A stretch of DNA of 64,000 nt from Leucoraja erinacea (taxonomy: Eukaryota), in contig NC_073420.1 in the NCBI RefSeq assembly GCF_028641065.1, positions 434,001 through 498,000 of the forward strand, written 5' to 3'. A program made the position numbers and the translations under genes. Each line of letters starts with the position of its first letter. Within the stretch, counting starts at the first letter, position 1. Under the pieces are notes generated by a model. That model was not told the DNA's origin, made no database searches, and saw nothing but the letters and a program-made list of their open reading frames with translations. This document shows, in pieces, positions 61,965-64,000 of the stretch.

Positions 61965-62358
61965 CTGATTCCTGGGATGTCAGGACTTTCATATGAAGAA
62001 AGACTGGATAGACTCGGCTTGTTGTACTCGCTAGAATTTAGAAGATTGAGGGGGGATCTTATAGAAGCTTACAAAATTCTTACGGGGTTGGACAGGCTAG
62101 ATGCAGGAAGATTGTTCCCGATGTTGGGGAAGTCCAGAACAAGGGGTCACAGTTTAAGGATAAAGGGGAAATCTTTTAGGACTGTGATGAGAAAAACATT
62201 TTTTACATAGAGAGTGGTGAATCTGTGGAATTCTCTGCCACAGAATGTAGTTGAGGCCAGTTCATTGGCTATATTTAAGAGGGAGTTAGATGTGGCCCTT
62301 GTGGCTAAAGGGATCAGGGGCTATGGAGAGAAGGCAGGTACAGGATACTGAGTTGGAT
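61965..62358 (+). mobile_element. CR1 LINE 3' fragment (further copies at ~6886, 27059, 36700, 38341, 52275, 55543, 59641)
   Basis: [15 protein letters not shown]...RGDLIEAYKIL. Confidence 0.85.
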
Positions 62359-63005
62359 GCCTTGGGGCCTGTTTCCGTGCTGTATCTCTAAACTAAATAC
62401 CAATTCTTGAGTGTGCTGGGTTTAAAACCAGTGTGTATTTCTGTCCAGTGTTTAAAAAGGAACTGCAGATGTGGGAAAATCGAAGGTAGAAAAAAGTGCT
62501 GGAGAAACTCAGCGGGTGCAGCAGCATCTAAGGAGCGAAGGAAATAGGCAACGTTTCGGGCCGAAACCCTCTCTGTCCTCTTGGTGGTGCTGCAAGCCAC
62601 ATATCCGAAAGGCATGCTATTCTGCCCATAACCCGCACAGGACAGGCATCTCAATAATTGCTGCAGAGGTTTAACTTCAGATCTGCAGCAAAAAAAATAC
62701 AGCAGGATTATTTGTGTGGACTGAGCGTAGTGCAGTTTTATCACCCTTAGCAATCAAGATTAAAGCTTCCTCCGTTAAAAGGGGTCTGACAAGGACTCTT
62801 CTCGTATTGGTGATAACGTTTAGTCTTATCTTTGGTCACCGTTATCTCATCAGATTATTCCCTGAGCAGCAGGGGAACAGATGGATTCATCTCACAAAAT
62901 TGACGATTTATTTTCCAGTGGTGATGGGCGATTGGCTTTGACTGCATAAACGAGGTGTTTATTTATTTTAATGGATTGCTATGCAACGGATGACATATAC
63001 ATGAA

Positions 63006-63213
63006 GTTTTGTTTAAGAAGGAACTGCAGATGCTGGAACAATCGAAGGTAGACAAAAATGCTGGAGAAACTCAGCGGGTGAGGCAGCATCCATGGAGTGC
63101 AGGAAATAGGCAACGTTTCGGGTGGAAACCCTTCAGGGGTTTCGACCCGAAACGTTGCCTATTTCCTTCGCTCCATCGATGCTGCCTCACCCGCTGAGTT
63201 TCCCCAGCATTTT
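63006..63213. mobile_element. Fold-back Penelope-derived short element with 15-bp TSD
   Basis: tgacatatacatgaa at 62991-63005 and 63214-63228. Confidence 0.75.
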
Positions 63214-63734
63214 TGACATATACATGAAAGTAATTTTCAGCGTTTGCCCAGAGTCACAAACTCTTTCTCAAACTAGTCTATTCCCCTCGCAGTCAACTGT
63301 GTGAGATTCAGTCGGATCTCTCACCATCAATGATGTTAAGTTTGATACTAAAATGAACTTTGGACAACATATCTGCTCCATCACCGCCTAATCACTGCCT
63401 AATTTCAGTCACGAGACATTGCCCAATTCCAATTTGGTCAGTTTATCAGTGGGGCCACAGAGGGAGATGCGCATTGCTGGTCTCTGAACTCTAACTTAGG
63501 ATTGAGTCTTGCCATTAATCAGCCCTGCAGAGTAGCAGCCACATTTATCCCACTGCATCTTGCTGTTGACTCTCATCCCAAAACAAACCAACTTCCCTCA
63601 TTCCTTCTCTCCAGAGATGCTGCCTGTCCCGCTGAGTTACTCCGGCATTTTGCATCCACCTCCGCTTCCCTCAATCATTTGCTTGACAGCAAAAATTACT
63701 GGGGCTCCCGCAATTTACATTCAACAGGAGTGTA

Positions 63735-64000
63735 GACAAAAATGCTGGAGAAACTCAGTTGGTGAGGCAGCATCTATGGAGCAAAGAAAAAAGGCAACGT
63801 TTCGGGTCGAGACCCTTCCTCAGACTGATGTGGGGGGACGGGAAGAAGAAAGGAAGAAGCGGAGGCAGTGGGCTGTGGCAGAGGGAAGGGGAGGAGAAAG
63901 CAGGGACTACCTGAAATTGGAGAAGTCAATGTTCATACCGCTGGGGTGTAAACCGCCCAAGCGAAATATGAGGTGCTGCTCCTACAATTTACGGTGGGAC
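63735..64000 (-). mobile_element. Penelope-like element 3' end: degenerate GIY-YIG endonuclease C-terminus plus 3' region with hammerhead motif
   Basis: Minus strand reads SHRKL*EQHLIFRLGGLHPSGMNIDFSNFR* (stop at 63907-63909), followed by CTGAGGA-AGGGTCTCGACCC-GAAACGTT at ~63795-63823. Confidence 0.75.

Noticed and set aside
58848-64000. Downstream acylphosphatase exons (V.FR, GWVKNT, SRID motifs)
   Set aside because: Not found by eye; they probably lie beyond the window.

Overview
Eukaryotic, repeat-rich vertebrate DNA, most likely an elasmobranch such as a skate or ray (inferred from the CR1 LINEs, V-SINE-type SINEs and gene divergence). It has assembly gaps and signs of noisy long-read consensus. 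Most ORF-track entries are repeat or low-complexity artefacts. Four real genes can be rebuilt by hand. (1) RCE1 (CAAX prenyl protease 2), exons 1-4 on the minus strand, continuing off the left edge. (2) A 16-coding-exon TOP6BL/C11orf80 (TOPOVIBL, meiotic SPO11 partner) on the minus strand, 13834-43714. (3) A single-coding-exon GPR75-like GPCR on the minus strand with a 1-nt frameshift. (4) The first coding exon of an ACYP2-like acylphosphatase on the plus strand. Main highlights: TOP6BL exon 9 appears to lie between a U12-type GT-AT intron and a GA-AG intron. GPR75-like and ACYP-like genes sit beside TOP6BL-RCE1, suggesting retained whole-genome-duplication paralogues that mammals lost. An abundant short Penelope-derived element carries minimal hammerhead ribozyme motifs and 12-15 bp target-site duplications (TSDs). 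RCE1 intron 1 holds an RFX X-box minisatellite, and a MYB/CHR island is buried in a roughly 7.6 kb CT tract. Gene identities rest on remembered human protein sequences, not database searches. Repeat boundaries are approximate.
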